Source of the DNA: Glycera tridactyla
Lineage: Eukaryota
Direction of reading: 5' to 3'
DNA: 64,000 nucleotides
NCBI GenBank assembly: GCA_965644265.1
Contig: OZ286476.1
Span: 31,062,001 to 31,126,000 of the forward strand
Below are positions 1-13,260 of the stretch, piece after piece. Made by a program: the position numbers and the translations under genes. Below the pieces are notes generated by a model that did no database searches, was not told the origin of the DNA, and saw nothing but the letters and a program-made list of their open reading frames with translations. Numbering within the stretch: the first letter of the stretch is position 1; each line of letters starts with the position of its first letter.

Positions 1-218
1 GTATTTAATTGTCCAAGTAAAGCACAGTTTAAGAAATGTCTGGGACACCGAGTCGGATAGGCCCATCGTGGGCCGGTGGATAATCTACATAAAATGTACT
101 CGATGATTCGAATTGATCCAAAGACTCACATGTTTATACAACACATTCATTGTATCTTATCATCCAGTATGCCAATGTACTATTTGTTTGTTTGTTTGTT
201 TGTTTGTTTGTTTGTTTG

Positions 219-395
219 TTTGAGGTTTAACGGTATGTATCAACCCACAGGATTATGTATGCCATGTCTTCCTGGTCAATGAAAGCTAGATATTCTCTCC
301 CCTGCAGACATCACTCTCACAAACCATGAACACAACATGATGGGGAATCTGAAAGATTGTCATGTAGAAGTGGCTGACAGTTCAGACACACCTCT
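219..395 (-). mobile_element. SINE family A copy (~170 bp, ends GCCGTTAAACCTC + (CAAA)n tail)
   Basis: Reverse complement of the repeat GGGTTTGTGAGTGATGTCTGCAGGGGAGAGAACATCTAGCTTTCATTGACCAGGAACAC seen 10 more times on the + strand; (TTTG)n at 184-222 is its tail. Confidence 0.75.
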
Positions 396-1529
396 ACCTA
401 CTCTTCATGAACAAACTGAATCTAATGATGGCATATCTAAGTATGTAACTGGCTGGAAGCCAACACTCAAGCCTGATAGCAAAGCAACATTAAATCATCC
501 TACACATTACAATACTGCTGCTACAAATTTAACAAAATTATGAGTAGCATGTGTTTGGAATGTTCAGTGCATGCTTTTGTTGATAGATATCATCACGTAT
601 ATGTAGGTGAAGATTTTGTCTGATTTATGTGTCCATGTATTTCCAACGACTCGTTGATAAAGTTTGATAATTGGTAATTGTAATTGTTACATCTATCCAA
701 CCATTACTGTGCAAGTTATCATAAAAGTGTGTGTTGGTGGGTGAGTCTGTGAGTGTGTGTATATGTGTATTTGTGTATCTCCTCCATTTCTTTTCCTTTT
801 CTCTCAATCATACTAGCACACCTCGAACACACGCACACATATTCTATTGAAGGTGATAATTAATTTCTCTCGACACGCGATATGAAAGTAGTTTAACCTT
901 GTTGGAATTCTCCGGGGAAAATGCAAATTTGAGGTATCAGGCCAGTTTGTCTGAACACCAATCCAGATATATGGTTGGTCTGCTCGGTGATATGTGACAC
1001 ATCACTGTATGAGCAATAGCAAGCGTGAGGGCAGGTGAACACATGAATCACATCTGCTCATGATTCACACACCAGCATGAGCTCGTAATGAAGTTTCCCA
1101 TAAAAGCTGGTCTCCATTTATCACAGCATAGAAAATATTCATGGAGACCCCCAGAGACTTTCTGAACTAAAAAGAGACCATCAATCTGTCTGAAACTATC
1201 TGTGTTCCCTATTGAAAAAAAACTATATCCTCAGCAAAAATGGCCAGGAACGGTTTCACTTGAAATGTGAGTCCTCCCAGGATTGTGTCAGTGTTCCCAA
1301 TTGTAGCAGGATCTTTCTCCAGAAAATCAGCATCTTACCGATAAGGACCTCTATTAGGACCTGCCAAGTTCCTGTAGGAGTTCACCATGCCAGAAGATCG
1401 ATATAAATTGAAGAATGTTCTCTTAACATGGCCTGAACTTCACTTAATTTCGTTGACAGTTTCGATGATTGTCATTCATCTTTTTCAAAACTGATCGCCG
1501 CTAGATGGAGGTGCGACGATCTCGGCACG

Positions 1530-1640
1530 ATCAGATGGATGGGTTGGAGAGAGCATACACATCAAGCTACTACTCCTAACATGAACAGGGACGAGGGCGC
1601 TTTCTTACTCTCGAGGATCTGGGCCAAGTCCTCCCCATTG
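1530..1640 (+). mobile_element. Penelope-like element remnant (C-terminus of GIY-YIG endonuclease)
   Basis: Translates (with frameshift) to ..ESIHIK..PNMNRDEGAFLLSRIW, resembling the Penelope GIY-YIG tail motif EAIxI...MNRDxG.xxLSxxW. No upstream RT visible. Confidence 0.5.
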
Positions 1641-3929
1641 CTACGAAGGAGGGGGGAGAACAACGACCAAGTGATCGTGTCGAGATCGTCTACAGAGAGG
1701 AAGACGACGATTGGACTACATAGACGCCTTGATATCAGACACTGGTCTATCCACGTTTCGGTTTGACAACGTATATCAAGGTCACTGAAATCATGAAATT
1801 ACATGTGTATTAAATATTTGTTTGTTTGTTTGTAAATTCTTTATTTGAATTAGTCATGTAACAATATTCATATATAGCATATGCTCTCATTAGGAGAATA
1901 TTTCCAGGCTGACGAAAGCATAAAAGCATCGTGAAAGCTTACAGAAAGATGAGTCATGAAATGATGATTGATGATAGATGATGGTAATAAACACAGTTGA
2001 TTGATGTTGGTATGATTTATGAGTGCATATGGCTATCTCGTCAAAGTTGGAAATTCAGTATTAGATGTATTCAGGTTTTAGCAAGAACGTCTATCTTAAT
2101 GGAAAGATGATTTTATATCAATGCATCGGTTTAATGAAAGGGTTCAAAGTGAGACATATATCATATCCATCTCCATGGCAGCGGTCGTCGAGGCAACCAG
2201 GCTACGTGAAATATCCTGAAAAATCACTCATTTTGACCTGGTCCCATGTCTCCTTCATGTTGAATCCCTATATGTTGACTTTATTTCATAAAGAAACATT
2301 TTCCATGCAATATCAATGATGTACCTTTTAAACTTTGCATTACTATTGTCAGGATTGGATTTCTAAGTTGAATAAAACATAGAAAAAATACACATTTTTG
2401 TGTATTTGATGTGAAATATCATCATGAGAAAACCGATCTCAAAGGGCTACATGTTTCAAAAGAGTGTGGTCAAGTCCTTCTACAAACTCAAGAATGAATC
2501 ATCCATGTAATTATACACAAGACATAGCGCCAGGTCGATATATGGAACTTTGAGATGAAATTCGTGGTCACCACTGAAGCCTTGGCAACCAAGGTGATGG
2601 TGTTGGCATCAGAATGCAACTCACATTAATGGTGATGTTCTTTCCTCAATCCATGCTAACTTCAGTTCGGCTGAACTGGTTATCATCTCGTTCAAAAATT
2701 TGATATCTGAATAGGTGTTGGATACACAATCAAATGTACTAAAATATGCATTAACGACATGAGTAAATGACAACCGGTGTTGTGATTGCCTTGATCACAT
2801 CACAACTTACTTTGTAGGCAGATGGCCTTTCTAGAGGGGTTGTTCACTGCGGAGAACACTACCATGGCCCCCACTCCGAGCTGCCATTTTTGCCAAATGA
2901 ATTTGATCGAGATCAAAATTCTAGTCACTGGAAATGTCAACAAAGTCTATCAGTAAAGTTCAATTGAACCCGATGCCAATTCGTAATGTCGGGGTCAAAA
3001 ACGTACGTTTAGACTTACATAGTCCAGTCAATAAACAGTTGAGGTTCAAGCAAATTGTCAGAAAAGCTTTCTCGATGGAATTCATTTTCTTGGCACCTCC
3101 TAATTACCGGGAAAAAAATTACCAAAATTTAACCTGGGCAACTGCTTCAGAAATAGCCAAATCCGTGATGGCCGCCGTAAAAAGGTCCAAAATCCAAAAT
3201 ATGCGTTAATTATGGTGGCAATCAAGATGATAAAAACGTGGTTAATGGGTCTATCTATATCTGCTTCCAATGAGTGATACAATGGATAATAATTTTCCAA
3301 AATGTCTAGCTGAAAATTGGCCAAATCTAAGATGGCCGCCATCAAAATGTCAAAAGAAGATGAAACTCAACCAGCAGGTGCCAAAGATATAAATTCCATT
3401 GGAAACCTTTTCTGACAATTTGATTGAACCTCCTTGTTTTTTTACCTTCGTTGACTGGACTAACAGGCTCGAGTTCATTCATCATCGAGGGAGTTGGTCA
3501 AGTCATTTTTACCCGGGCATAACGACTAGCTTTTCCTATCCACGCGAACCTCGCACGCAATAGGAAGGGAAAGCCTGCATAAATAGATCAATTTCCTGGA
3601 AGGAATGAATGGCTCTCCACCCCTAAGTGATAAGGGTCGTTTTGTTGTTGGTAGAATGGGCAGAGAATCCCCTGACTATTCACAATGCAGAGTGAGATAT
3701 TTTTATCTGATCCCATTCCCCAATGGTAATATTTGTCACGATATTCTGGTCATATTTAGGGACGTCTTGTCGGCGCACTGGGATGATTTAAAAGCTTTTC
3801 CATTTGGTTATTGTAATGCCTGGCAGCTATGAATGACCGTGGGTTGATGAGATCCTGTGATACCGTATATTGCCGGATAAACGCGCAGTGCACTAAGGCA
3901 TTGCCATGTGTCATGTGCGTCTTTTTGGG

Positions 3930-4137
3930 ACCGACTTTTATCACATGGATTTGAGATTTTCAGTGAAGAATCAGGTGTTGAGTATTGCGTGTGATACTTA
4001 ACAGCTGGGTAAGAACTACTTTTTACAATGTCTCCCATAATCCATGTGATAAAATCAACACTATTCGGCCTCGTGACATCCGGTTAAATTCACATCTTGT
4101 TTGGTATCGTGTTTTTACTTCACGGCTGGTCTTGCCA
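3930..4137 (+). repeat. Dispersed repeat family C (~200 bp), copy 1 of 3
   Basis: CACATGGAT..TCAGGTGTTGAGTATTG..ACAGCTGGGTGAGAACTACT..TTTTTACTTCACGGC..GTCTTGC shared with 20470-20675 and 30890-31100. Confidence 0.75.
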
Positions 4138-4189
4138 GGTGAAGACTGACAGATATTTCACTTTCATCACGAAGTACATGATTATTCAG

Positions 4190-4292
4190 GTTTGACATCG
4201 GATCGTTCCACTGAACATCGCTGGTGTCGTGGACGATTTGAATTACAGGGACGCGCATCTGATCGAGTTTGGGCTTTGTACGGCAATAAACG
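4190..4292 (+). CDS. Candidate internal exon of an unidentified upstream gene
   Basis: ATTATTCAG|...|GTATTT flanks; 103 nt, phase 1 to 2; CpG-rich open frame LTSDRSTEHRWCRGRFELQGRASDRVWALYGNK. No family recognised. Confidence 0.3.
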
Positions 4293-4999
4293 GTATTTCG
4301 CCTCGTATCCAATATATTCTATATATCTGGTCGTGACATAATTGTGATAATATTTATGGATGTAGAAACTTCAAAGAAATATTGTCAACAATAAGTTTGT
4401 ACATGTTGTGAATGAGAGTACCTGTATCGAAGTGTTTCTGCATTACCAGAATGAACAACTGACTATTGCTGTCTCATAACTCTGTAGTCATAGATCTAAT
4501 GGTGGTCTAGTATAGGCTGTCTCTGGAAGTCTAACCTCTACTTTCTTTATCTATGATGCAAACTTTGCTCCACTTCATATTCGTAATCATTTATCGAATA
4601 ACTATATACTAATACTTTTACATTCTATTTTTTTTCAAATAGTGTATGCCACCTAACAGCAATATCTGCTGAAAGTTGCTTGCGTTATATATAATCATGA
4701 CTCTTGTCTTTTTCTATGTGCTAGTATCAGAAAATATGTTGACCAGTCATTATCATTCTCATTTCATGTTTTTCTCATTTCGCTATCATTCTCATCAGTA
4801 ATCTTCGTTCATCTATCATATTTTACTGTTGTATGTATATAGTCGTCAACCTGAAGATGAACATGTATATATGTTTAATTGTGATTATTGACGATGCGAA
4901 ATAAACGTTTAAAACCAAATTAAAATCAAATCTTGCTAAACCAATGTGGAGTTATATGAGCGTTGGCTGGCTTGGCGGTATGCTTAAGTGTTTGATCAT

Positions 5000-5560
5000 T
5001 TAGATAGTCGATTGGTTGGTTGTTTAACTCGCTGGTGTTTGATTGATTCATTGTTTGATTGGTTAGTTGAGCGGTTGTTCGGTTGGTTGTTCGGTTAATT
5101 GGTTGGTTGTTTTTTTGGACGGTTGGTTGCTTGGTTGGATGGTTGGATGGATGTAGAAGATTATATGCATTGTAAATATTGATTTCACATTATGAAACTT
5201 GCTATGAATGAAGAAGATTATATGCACTGTAAATATTGTTTTCACCATATGAAACTTGTTTTTTGATAGTTGATCACATTGTCTGCATAAGCGCGTAATA
5301 TGACCTCTCGAGGTCAGTTGTAACCATGTTTGTCTACTTATGCAATAAAAGCATTTCTTATCTTATTTATGTTTGATTGTTTGGTTGGATGGTTGGTTTG
5401 TTGTTCGAACGCGTCTCAATATAGCACATTCACGGCGCTGGCAACATATTGATTTGTTGGTTGGCTGATTGATGGGTTGGTTGGTTGTTCGATTTCTTGG
5501 TTGGTTGGTTGATTGGTTGGTAGATTGTTCGGATGGATGTTTGATTGGTTGGTTGGCCCT
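5000..5560. repeat. Degenerate (TTGG)n/(TTGA)n microsatellite tracts
   Basis: Runs of ttggttgg, gattggtt at ~5000-5150 and ~5380-5560. Confidence 0.8.
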
Positions 5561-6559
5561 TTTTGAAATGAAGGTGAGAGGTTTCTACTATTGTGTGCGT
5601 GTGCTCTCGACCTGTTTAGTGTCTTCCATTGTTCATGGTATTTTTTTCCGAAATTATATCCACTGTGAATTGTGTTGAAACCGTGTGAGTTTTAAATGAT
5701 TTATCTTTTCAGAAGTGAGAAAAGGCTCCGCCCGGTTTTCTCTCACTGCCGCTAGATGGTGCGGAGTTTGCGTCATGGAAATCATTGCCATCTAGCGGGA
5801 AAAGTGGGTTGCACAGTTCTCTAACTTGGTTCCCTCGTCAAATATTATGTATCTACTGGATCAGTTGGACTGGGAAAGAGTGCTACACAGTTCTCGCGTA
5901 GTCTGGTTCTCGCATCGAACGCTAGATGTCGAATCGGTCGGCGTGGTACCGCCACACTCCCCCACCTGGCGGCTGGGAAGGGAAACAGACTAAGTTCTCG
6001 CGCCATAATTCCACCGCGAATAGAAACAGGTTAATTCCTCGTTGCATGTGTTCCTAATTTGACATGCGAAATGGATCTGACCTAATCTTTAGCCCATTGA
6101 AATCGACATGAGCCATCTCTCCGCCTTTTGAAATTGACAAGTCACGCACGGATCTTCGCGAGGCTGAATGTAGGTCATTCGAGTTGATTCATTGTTCACG
6201 AGGTACCGAGCGACCGTTGGGGTCACATATAAAACTCAAGTCTGACAGTCAGGGGAAATAAATCCCTACAAAACCAACCAATAAATACCCTCTCCGACTC
6301 AGGTCTGTCAAATCCGAACGTGATGGGTATGATCAACACGTTAACTTTCCTGTCTTTATTTCTCATCCAATCTTATTTTAAGTGGCACGGAGGGATGGTA
6401 TATTTGTCCCTGTGATCACTGATCTAACAGTCCCGTGACGGAAATAGGGTCAGTAGGGTCCCTATTCAACTTGACATACTTCAGATTTAGCAAACGTTTT
6501 CCCTGTCCACAGACCTGAACAGCCTGTTGGTTTCAAGTAACTTAGTCGGGCAAACTCAG

Positions 6560-6968
6560 TAAAATCCAAATGTGGCTGATACGTTCGTCTGTTCTGAATT
6601 TGAATGGCAGGAATGTATCATATAGGTCTTCCGGTGATTATCGAAACTGGTTTCAGGAATTCTCCATGTATTTGAAGAGGATTATGCAATCATATCATTT
6701 GGTTTTTACGAGGAATCCGCCGGCATTATCGTCTGAACTTTCCTATGTGAAACAATAGAGATGCGGCCGCCGCACCTGCCGTGAAACCAGCGTGAAATCG
6801 ACATATTTGGCGGTCTGAGGTGAAATATACAAGGGGATTTTGCCGAGAGTACATTTCTTGTCGTCGGAGATGTACACAAAGCCTATCAGCCAGTTTCATT
6901 TCAATCTGATGAAAATTCGCGATGCTTGCGTGAAAAACTTACCCGCCACGATTGAAGTTGAGGCTGGA
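6560..6968 (+). mobile_element. ~440-bp MITE family M copy (TIR AGTCTGTCAA..GTGGCGGGTACGTT)
   Basis: Contains the family core CGGCCGCCGCAC..GAAACCAGCGTGAAATCGACATATTTGGCG; ends AAAAACTTACCCGCCACGATTGAAG. Confidence 0.75.
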
Positions 6969-7350
6969 CTGTCAAATCCAAATTTGGCGGGTACGTTACA
7001 AGCACTCATGTCGTCATTTCTCGTCCGATTACGGTTTTAATGGCACGAATGTATTGAGTAGGTCTCCCGGTGATTATCGAATCAGGTTGCAGGGACTCTG
7101 AGTGCTTTTGAAGAGGATTACGCCATCATTTCATTGCATTTTTACAGCGAATCCACGGGCATCATGGCCCGATCTTCCCTATGTAAAACAATGGAGATAC
7201 GGCCGCCGCACCCGCAACCAGCGCGAAATCGTCATATTTTGCGTTCTAAGGTGAAGTTTACGAGGACACTTCGCCGAGACTAAATTTCTAGTCGTAGCGG
7301 ACCTACACAAAGCATGTCTGTCAGTTTAATTCCAATTGGAACCGAATTCG
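6968..7350 (+). mobile_element. MITE family M copy, head-to-tail with previous copy
   Basis: Starts CTGTCAAATCCAAATTTGGCGGGTACGTT; same internal core; 3' end truncated after GAATTCGCGATGCTA. Confidence 0.75.
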
Positions 7351-7394
7351 CGATGCTATGGTGAAAACTGTGTCAATATAAACGTAAATGTAGT

Positions 7395-7790
7395 AGTTCA
7401 GAGTCTGGTATGCTGGACAAGTTCACTCAACTTTACAATTACATTATTTCTCATTACATCTTCCTGGGAAGTACACAACCACAGGCACAGAGTTATGTGC
7501 ATAGGTTTAGCACTCTGCAATCACCATCACTGCCTAGAGTCAAGTACACATTCCCACCTGGGTGAAGTAGAGTGGTGGAGTACAGGGTCCCACTGAGTTA
7601 CTTGCACACAGAAGGGCCTCCTTAGTGAGTAGCGCGGATCATACAGATTGGTGTTATGGTCAGGTCTGGTATGGAATACAGGAATTGTGAGCCTTGTCCA
7701 TTCTGGTCACCCATCCAAGGTGGAGCCCTGCTCACTGTTGTAAACAGTGCTGTTCAGTTGAGAACCGGAGTGTCTACGCCTAACTCGCCA
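7395..7790 (-). mobile_element. SINE family B with 5S rRNA-like head (SINE3-like)
   Basis: Minus strand reads GAGCAGGG..CTTGGATGGGTGACC, matching 5S rRNA AAGCAGGG..CTTGGATGGGAGACC. Body CTTCACCCAGGTG and tail AACTACTACATT are shared with 26560-26790, 46062-46205 and 55790-56226. Confidence 0.55.
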
Positions 7791-8004
7791 AATCTAGCGA
7801 AATGTTCTGGTGAAACTTTTTCAAATTCAGTTATGTGATGTGAGCATTCATATCACAGGTGGCTCATTTGGGCAGTTTTTTTTTATCACGGTGGTGAGGG
7901 GAAGGGGGTCGTGTTACGCGCGTAGAGATACAAAACCGAAGTGCAGAATGATGATGTACCTTCGATCTTGACCTACTTTCTGAATCTCTTTGATCAGTGA
8001 TAGT

Positions 8005-8013
8005 TGCATCGAG

Positions 8014-8083
<70 letters not shown>

Positions 8084-8406
8084 GAGAGTCGGAGAGGCTG
8101 ACAAAGTGACAGACAGATAGGGGAGTGACGGAAGGTGAAAAAGAGGCAGAGATAGAGAGAAAAAGAAAGTGACCGAGTGACAGAGAGAGAGAAGGAGAGA
8201 GAGGGGTGGAGAGAACGAGGTTGAGAGAGATAGAGAGAACGAGAGAGTGAAAGAGAGAGAGGGGAGAGAGAGAGGGGAGGGGCGGAGAGAGAGAGAGGTT
8301 GACAGAGTGACAGAGAGATTGGGGGATAGAGGGAAGGTGAAAGAGAGGCAGAGATAGGGAGACAGAGAAAGTGACCGGGTGACAGGGGTGGAGAGAAATA
8401 GATTGG
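8005..8406. repeat. (GA)n microsatellite and degenerate purine-rich tract, followed by N run
   Basis: Perfect (GA)n at ~8017-8078, then GA/GACA-rich sequence. Confidence 0.9.
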
Positions 8407-9311
8407 NNNNNNNNNNNNNNNNNNNNNNNNNNNNNNNNNNNNNNNNNNNNNNNNNNNNNNNNNNNNNNNNNNNNNNNNNNNNNNNNNNNNNNNNNNNNNN
8501 NNNNNNNNNNNNNNNNNNNNNNNNNNNNNNNNNNNNNNNNNNNNNNNNNNNNNNNNNNNAGAATGAAAAGTCACAAGTAGCAAAAAGGAAGCAATGGCAG
8601 ACTGCCAAACAGACAGATAGTCTGACAGATAGAAATCCATCGTCTCAGTCGAATGACATAGCAGACATAATTTCCTGACTAAAGAAATATATCATAGAAC
8701 CGATCTTCAAACATTAATTAAAAATGTTTTCAAAATGGTTGAGGTTTGAAACACAAATTTTGATCCGGAGACACGCGTTTCTCATGATATGTTGATTTCA
8801 TCGCATTTGTACAGCGAATCAAACGGCATTATCGGTAATTTTCGCGTTGACAGTACGAAATGACGGGTCTGCGGTCGCCGCTCGTGCAATAAAAACCGAA
8901 TGAAATCGACACATGTGTTATTGTGATCACATTTCATAGTCGCCGGAAATATTAGCCGTGTCGATTTCACTCCACTCAGATCTCAGTCGCTGGAAAACAT
9001 ATGAACGACAAGGCACACGTGAGAGGATTTGCGCAATCGACAATCTCGAAAAAAACTCAAGAATGGAACCACATGTCAATCTCGTCGCAAAATGCACCCG
9101 CCAAAATCTAACTTCTCAGACTTCATTATCTACAGTGATCGTCAGACCTTTTTTGCAGATTATTCACATGCATTTAAAGATGATGTACTCTTATTCAATT
9201 GCATTTTTACGGCGGGTCCACAAATAAGTTTTGACTATTTTGGGTGTGACATAATTGTGAAATAGCCGCTGTCCCCTCAGATAAGGCAGCACGAAATTGA
9301 AATCGTTTGTA

Positions 9312-9718
9312 TGTCAACTATTATTGTGACGGGTACGTTTTTCGCCCTAGCATCGCGAATTCGCATCAGATTGAAATGAAACTTGCCGACAGACATTGTT
9401 GACATCTCTGACGATTAGAAATGTGATCACGGCGCAGCCCCTTGTATATTTCACCTTATAGCGCACAATTATGTCAATTTCACCCTGGTTTCGCCCTGTC
9501 TGCGGCGACCGTACGCCCATTGTCTCATATGCAAATATTCGCCGATAATGACGGCGGATTCGCTGAAGAAATGCGACGAAATGATGCCCACTATTCGGGA
9601 GCGGGTTCAAAGATCGCCGGAAGACCTATACAATACGTTCGTGCCATTAAAATTGATATTGGACGAGAAATGGCGAATCTATCGCCTGAAATGTATCCGC
9701 CACATTAGATTTGACAGA
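9312..9718 (-). mobile_element. MITE family M copy (reverse)
   Basis: GGGTACGTTTTTCGCCCTAGCATCGCGAATTC ... CCGCCACATTAGATTTGACAGA; both ends present. Confidence 0.75.
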
Positions 9719-10022
9719 ATTTAGTTAATTTTATCGTGATCACATTTCTAGTCGCCGGGGATGTCAACAAAGTTTGTCAGACTAAAAAGTGAACCCATCA
9801 ACTTTGAAATTGACGCTACAACAAGCCTTCGTTTATTTCGGTCAATACGTTCCGAAATCATTTTCGTCTGATTGGTGATTATTATAGTTACGTATCTGGA
9901 TACATTGAGGTCAATCTTGCAATCTGTTCAAAAGAAAAGCTTAGAAACCGGCATCGAGTGAAAGAAACCCAAAGTGCAGAAAACCGTCTACAGACCTATA
10001 TGAAAATAATATATCCACCGAA

Positions 10023-10375
10023 CTCTGTCAAATCCAAATGTGGCGGGTACGTGTCAGGCGCTAAATTCACCATTTCTCGTCAGATATTAGTTTTAATTGC
10101 ACGAATAAATTATGTAGACATTCTGGCGATCGTTGGACCTGGTTTCATGTAATCTCCATGCTTTTGAAGAGAATGCATCATAATTTCATTGAATTTTTCT
10201 GGCAAATCCGCCGGCATTATCGTCGATGGTTTGTATGTGAAACAGTGGAGATAGATACAATCGCCGCAACCGCCAAGAAACCGGCTTGAAATCGACACAT
10301 TCGGAGTGCTAGGGTGAGATAAACAAAGGAACATTACCGAGATCAAATATCTGGTCACCGGAGATGTAGACGAAG
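10023..10375 (+). mobile_element. MITE family M copy (3'-truncated)
   Basis: CTCTGTCAAATCCAAATGTGGCGGGTACGT start and family core. Confidence 0.75.
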
Positions 10376-10984
10376 TTCTCCATTAAGTTTGGTTCTATCT
10401 GATGCAAATGTTGGGGCCAAACGTTGGCGATTGAACTTTTGAGACCATTTTAGCCGCGTCAAAAATGTTTTTGTGGACACATGGGTGTGTTATAGAGGGC
10501 GTTATGATATTTATCATGCTATCGAGATGCTCTCTGTATGTGGATGACTTTTGTATAAGGGTGGTCTCTCAAGCAGGTTCGACTTTACGTACGTTTCCCT
10601 GTACCATTAAAACTATTTGTGGACTTCCCGTTTGGGTGACTGCTTGGAAGCTGGATCAAAGTCGGTGCTCTTCATCCAAGTACCAAATGTCGAAGAAAAT
10701 ATGAATTCGGACTTGAAATAATCGATTCATATGAATGGCTATGAATGCCTATTTTGAATGTTCATTTCCCCAACCTGTAAAGTAGACATAGCACAAGCAG
10801 AGGAAGGGTGAGAATGGAATGAAGAAATGATTCAGGAATAAAAGGTAGAGAGACATTCAGAGATGCGGAGATAGAGAGGGGGGAGGGGGTAGAGCCCAGT
10901 TTTTCTGACGTAACCTTTACTAGAACAAGGAAAGGGGCTTTCATGTAATTCCTGCAGTGATTGAGATGAATTATGATTGGTGTA

Positions 10985-11280
10985 TGATTGATTGAGAGTG
11001 AGAGTGGTTAGTTCGTTGGTTGGTCGATTGGTTGGTCGATTGGTTGGTGCGTTGGCTCGTTGGTTGTTTGGTTCGTTCGTTCGTTGTCCCGTTCGTTCGA
11101 TTATCGATTGGTTTGATAGTTGGTTGGTTGGTTGGTTAGTCTATCCGTCAATTATATGAATACTTCGTTGTATTACTTGACTGACTGGTCTATCGATTGA
11201 TTCGTTTATCGACCAATTGGTTGCTCGATTCGTCGATCGATTTGTTGATGGATTGATCGATCGATTCATTGATTTTCTGT
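10985..11280. repeat. Degenerate (TTGG)/(TTCG)/(TCGA)n tract
   Basis: Tetranucleotide-based low complexity. Confidence 0.7.
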
Positions 11281-11397
11281 CTGGAATTAGCTCAATTGGT
11301 TAAAGTGATATGCACCCTCATGCATAAATAAAGTATTTACCTTTGCTGGTTAGATATGTCATCGTCAGGTTCATTATGTTCATGTTTTGTGCCTCAA

Positions 11398-11570
11398 TTG
11401 TCAGTCACATTCACTTGACAACCTGTCAGGTCCCCCACCATCTTGTGCAGGGTTTGTGAGAGTGATGTCTGCAGGGGAGAGAACATCTAGCTTTCAATGA
11501 CCAGGAACACATGGTATACATAACCCCAGGATTAATTCATGCCGTTAAACCTCAAATGAACAAACGAAAA
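11398..11570 (+). mobile_element. SINE family A copy
   Basis: CAGGGTTTGTGAGAGTGATGTCTGCAGGGGAGAGAACATCTAGCTTTC..GCCGTTAAACCTCAAATGAACAAAC. Confidence 0.8.
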
Positions 11571-11642
11571 CTGCCCACGCATCTCGATGTTTGATTATGT
11601 GTGAGTCATATATGGGGAAGAGACACACCTGGTATATTGCAG

Positions 11643-11785
11643 AGTCCAGTATTTTCAACATTGAAGACATTTTCCTCGAAATGGAGAAGCATTTTTTCAC
11701 AGAATACCACTTGAACAGATTGACCCAGTTTAGAAATTTGCCATGGCCACTCACTGTCTTGAGAGATGAGTTCACACTTGAAAAT
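11643..11785 (+). CDS. Candidate internal exon of an unidentified upstream gene
   Basis: TATTGCAG| acceptor, weak |GTGTGT donor; open frame SSIFNIEDIFLEMEKHFFTEYHLNRLTQFRNLPWPLTVLRDEFTLEN. Confidence 0.3.
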
Positions 11786-12454
11786 GTGTGTGCAATGCTT
11801 TCATATTATTGCTGGTTTNNNNNNNNNNNNNNNNNNNNNNNNNNNNNNNNNNNNNNNNNNNNNNNNNNNNNNNNNNNNNNNNNNNNNNNNNNNNNNNNNN
11901 NNNNNNNNNNNNNNNNNNNNNNNNNNNNNNNNNNNNNNNNNNNNNNNNNNNNNNNNNNNNNNNNNNNNNNNNNNNNNNNNNNNNNNNNNNNNNNNNNNNN
12001 NNNNNNNNNNNNNNNNNNNNNNNNNNNNNNNNNNNNNNNNNNNNNNNNNNNNNNNNNNNNNNNNNNNNNNNNNNNNNNNNNNNNNNNNNNNNNNNNNNNN
12101 NNNNNNNNNNNNNNNNNNNNNNNNNNNNNNNNNNNNNNNNNNNNNNNNNNNNNNNNNNNNNNNNNNNNNNNNNNNNNNNNNNNNNNNNNNNNNNNNNNNN
12201 NNNNNNNNNNNNNNNNNNNNNNNNNNNNNNNNNNNNNNNNNNNNNNNNNNNNNNNNNNNNNNNNNNNNNNNNNNNNNNNNNNNNNNNNNNNNNNNNNNNN
12301 NNNNNNNNNNNNNNNNNNNNNNNNNNNNNNNNNNNNNNNNNNNNNNNNNNNNNNNNNNNNNNNNNNNNNNNNNNNNNNNNNNNNNNNNNNNNNNNNNNNN
12401 NNNNNNNNNNNNNNNNNNNNNNNNNNNNNNNNNNNNNNNNNNNNNNNNNNNNNN

Positions 12455-13260
12455 GCCAGCCAGCCACTCAGCCACTCAGTCAGTCAATCAGTCAATCAGT
12501 CAATCAGTCACTCCCTTTTTCAATGAGTTGGGCAGTCAGCTAGTCATTCAGTCGATCAGTCACTCGGTCAGTCGGTCAGTCAGCCAATCTGNNNNNNNNN
12601 NNNNNNNNNNNNNNNNNNNNNNNNNNNNNNNNNNNNNNNNNNNNNNNNNNNNNNNNNNNNNNNNNNNNNNNNNNNNNNNNNNNNNNNNNNNNNNNNNNNN
12701 NNNNNNNNNNNNNNNNNNNNNNNNNNNNNNNNNNNNNNNNNNNNNNNNNNNNNNNNNNNNNNNNNNNNNNNNNNNNNNNNNNNNNNNNNNNNNNNNNNNN
12801 NNNNNNNNNNNNNNNNNNNNNNNNNNNNNNNNNNNNNNNNNNNNNNNNNNNNNNNNNNNNNNNNNNNNNNNNNNNNNNNNNNNNNNNNNNNNNNNNNNNN
12901 NNNNNNNNNNNNNNNNNNNNNNNNNNNNNNNNNNNNNNNNNNNNNNNNNNNNNNNNNNNNNNNNNNNNNNNNNNNNNNNNNNNNNNNNNNNNNNNNNNNN
13001 NNNNNNNNNNNNNNNNNNNNNNNNNNNNNNNNNNNNNNNNNNNNNNNNNNNNNNNNNNNNNNNNNNNNNNNNNNNNNNNNNNNNNNNNNNCTCACCCAGC
13101 CACTCGCACATTCACTCACTCTCTCACTAACCAACTAACTAACTAACCCACTCACCCACTCAATCACCCATGCAACCACCCAAAAATCAATTTAATAGGT
13201 CAACCAACAACTAATGCACTCCCCCATCCAATCACTAAACCAATCGATCAATCGATGGGT
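12455..13260. repeat. (AGTC)/(CACT)/(AACC)-type microsatellite region interleaved with N runs
   Basis: CAGTCAATCAGT, CACTCACT, ACTAACTAAC repeats flank both N runs. Confidence 0.75.

Noticed and set aside
2430-2720. Faint resemblance to a PIF/Harbinger DDE domain (KGLH.., LGNQGDG..)
   Set aside because: Needs frame changes and stops, and the catalytic motifs are not convincingly present; not supportable without a profile search.
4845-4915. Hammerhead-like CTGAAGA + hairpin (AACAT..ATGTT)
   Set aside because: The required GAAA after stem II is absent; at most a decayed Penelope-type remnant.
7690-7790. 5S rRNA gene; likewise a tRNA gene at 60880-60965
   Set aside because: Only partial, diverged matches embedded in multi-copy or TSD-flanked SINEs; no full 5S or cloverleaf.
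7864-13134. Long ORFs spanning N runs (also 47615-48123, 51667-52306, 55397-55954)
   Set aside because: Length is an artefact of X residues and low-complexity DNA.
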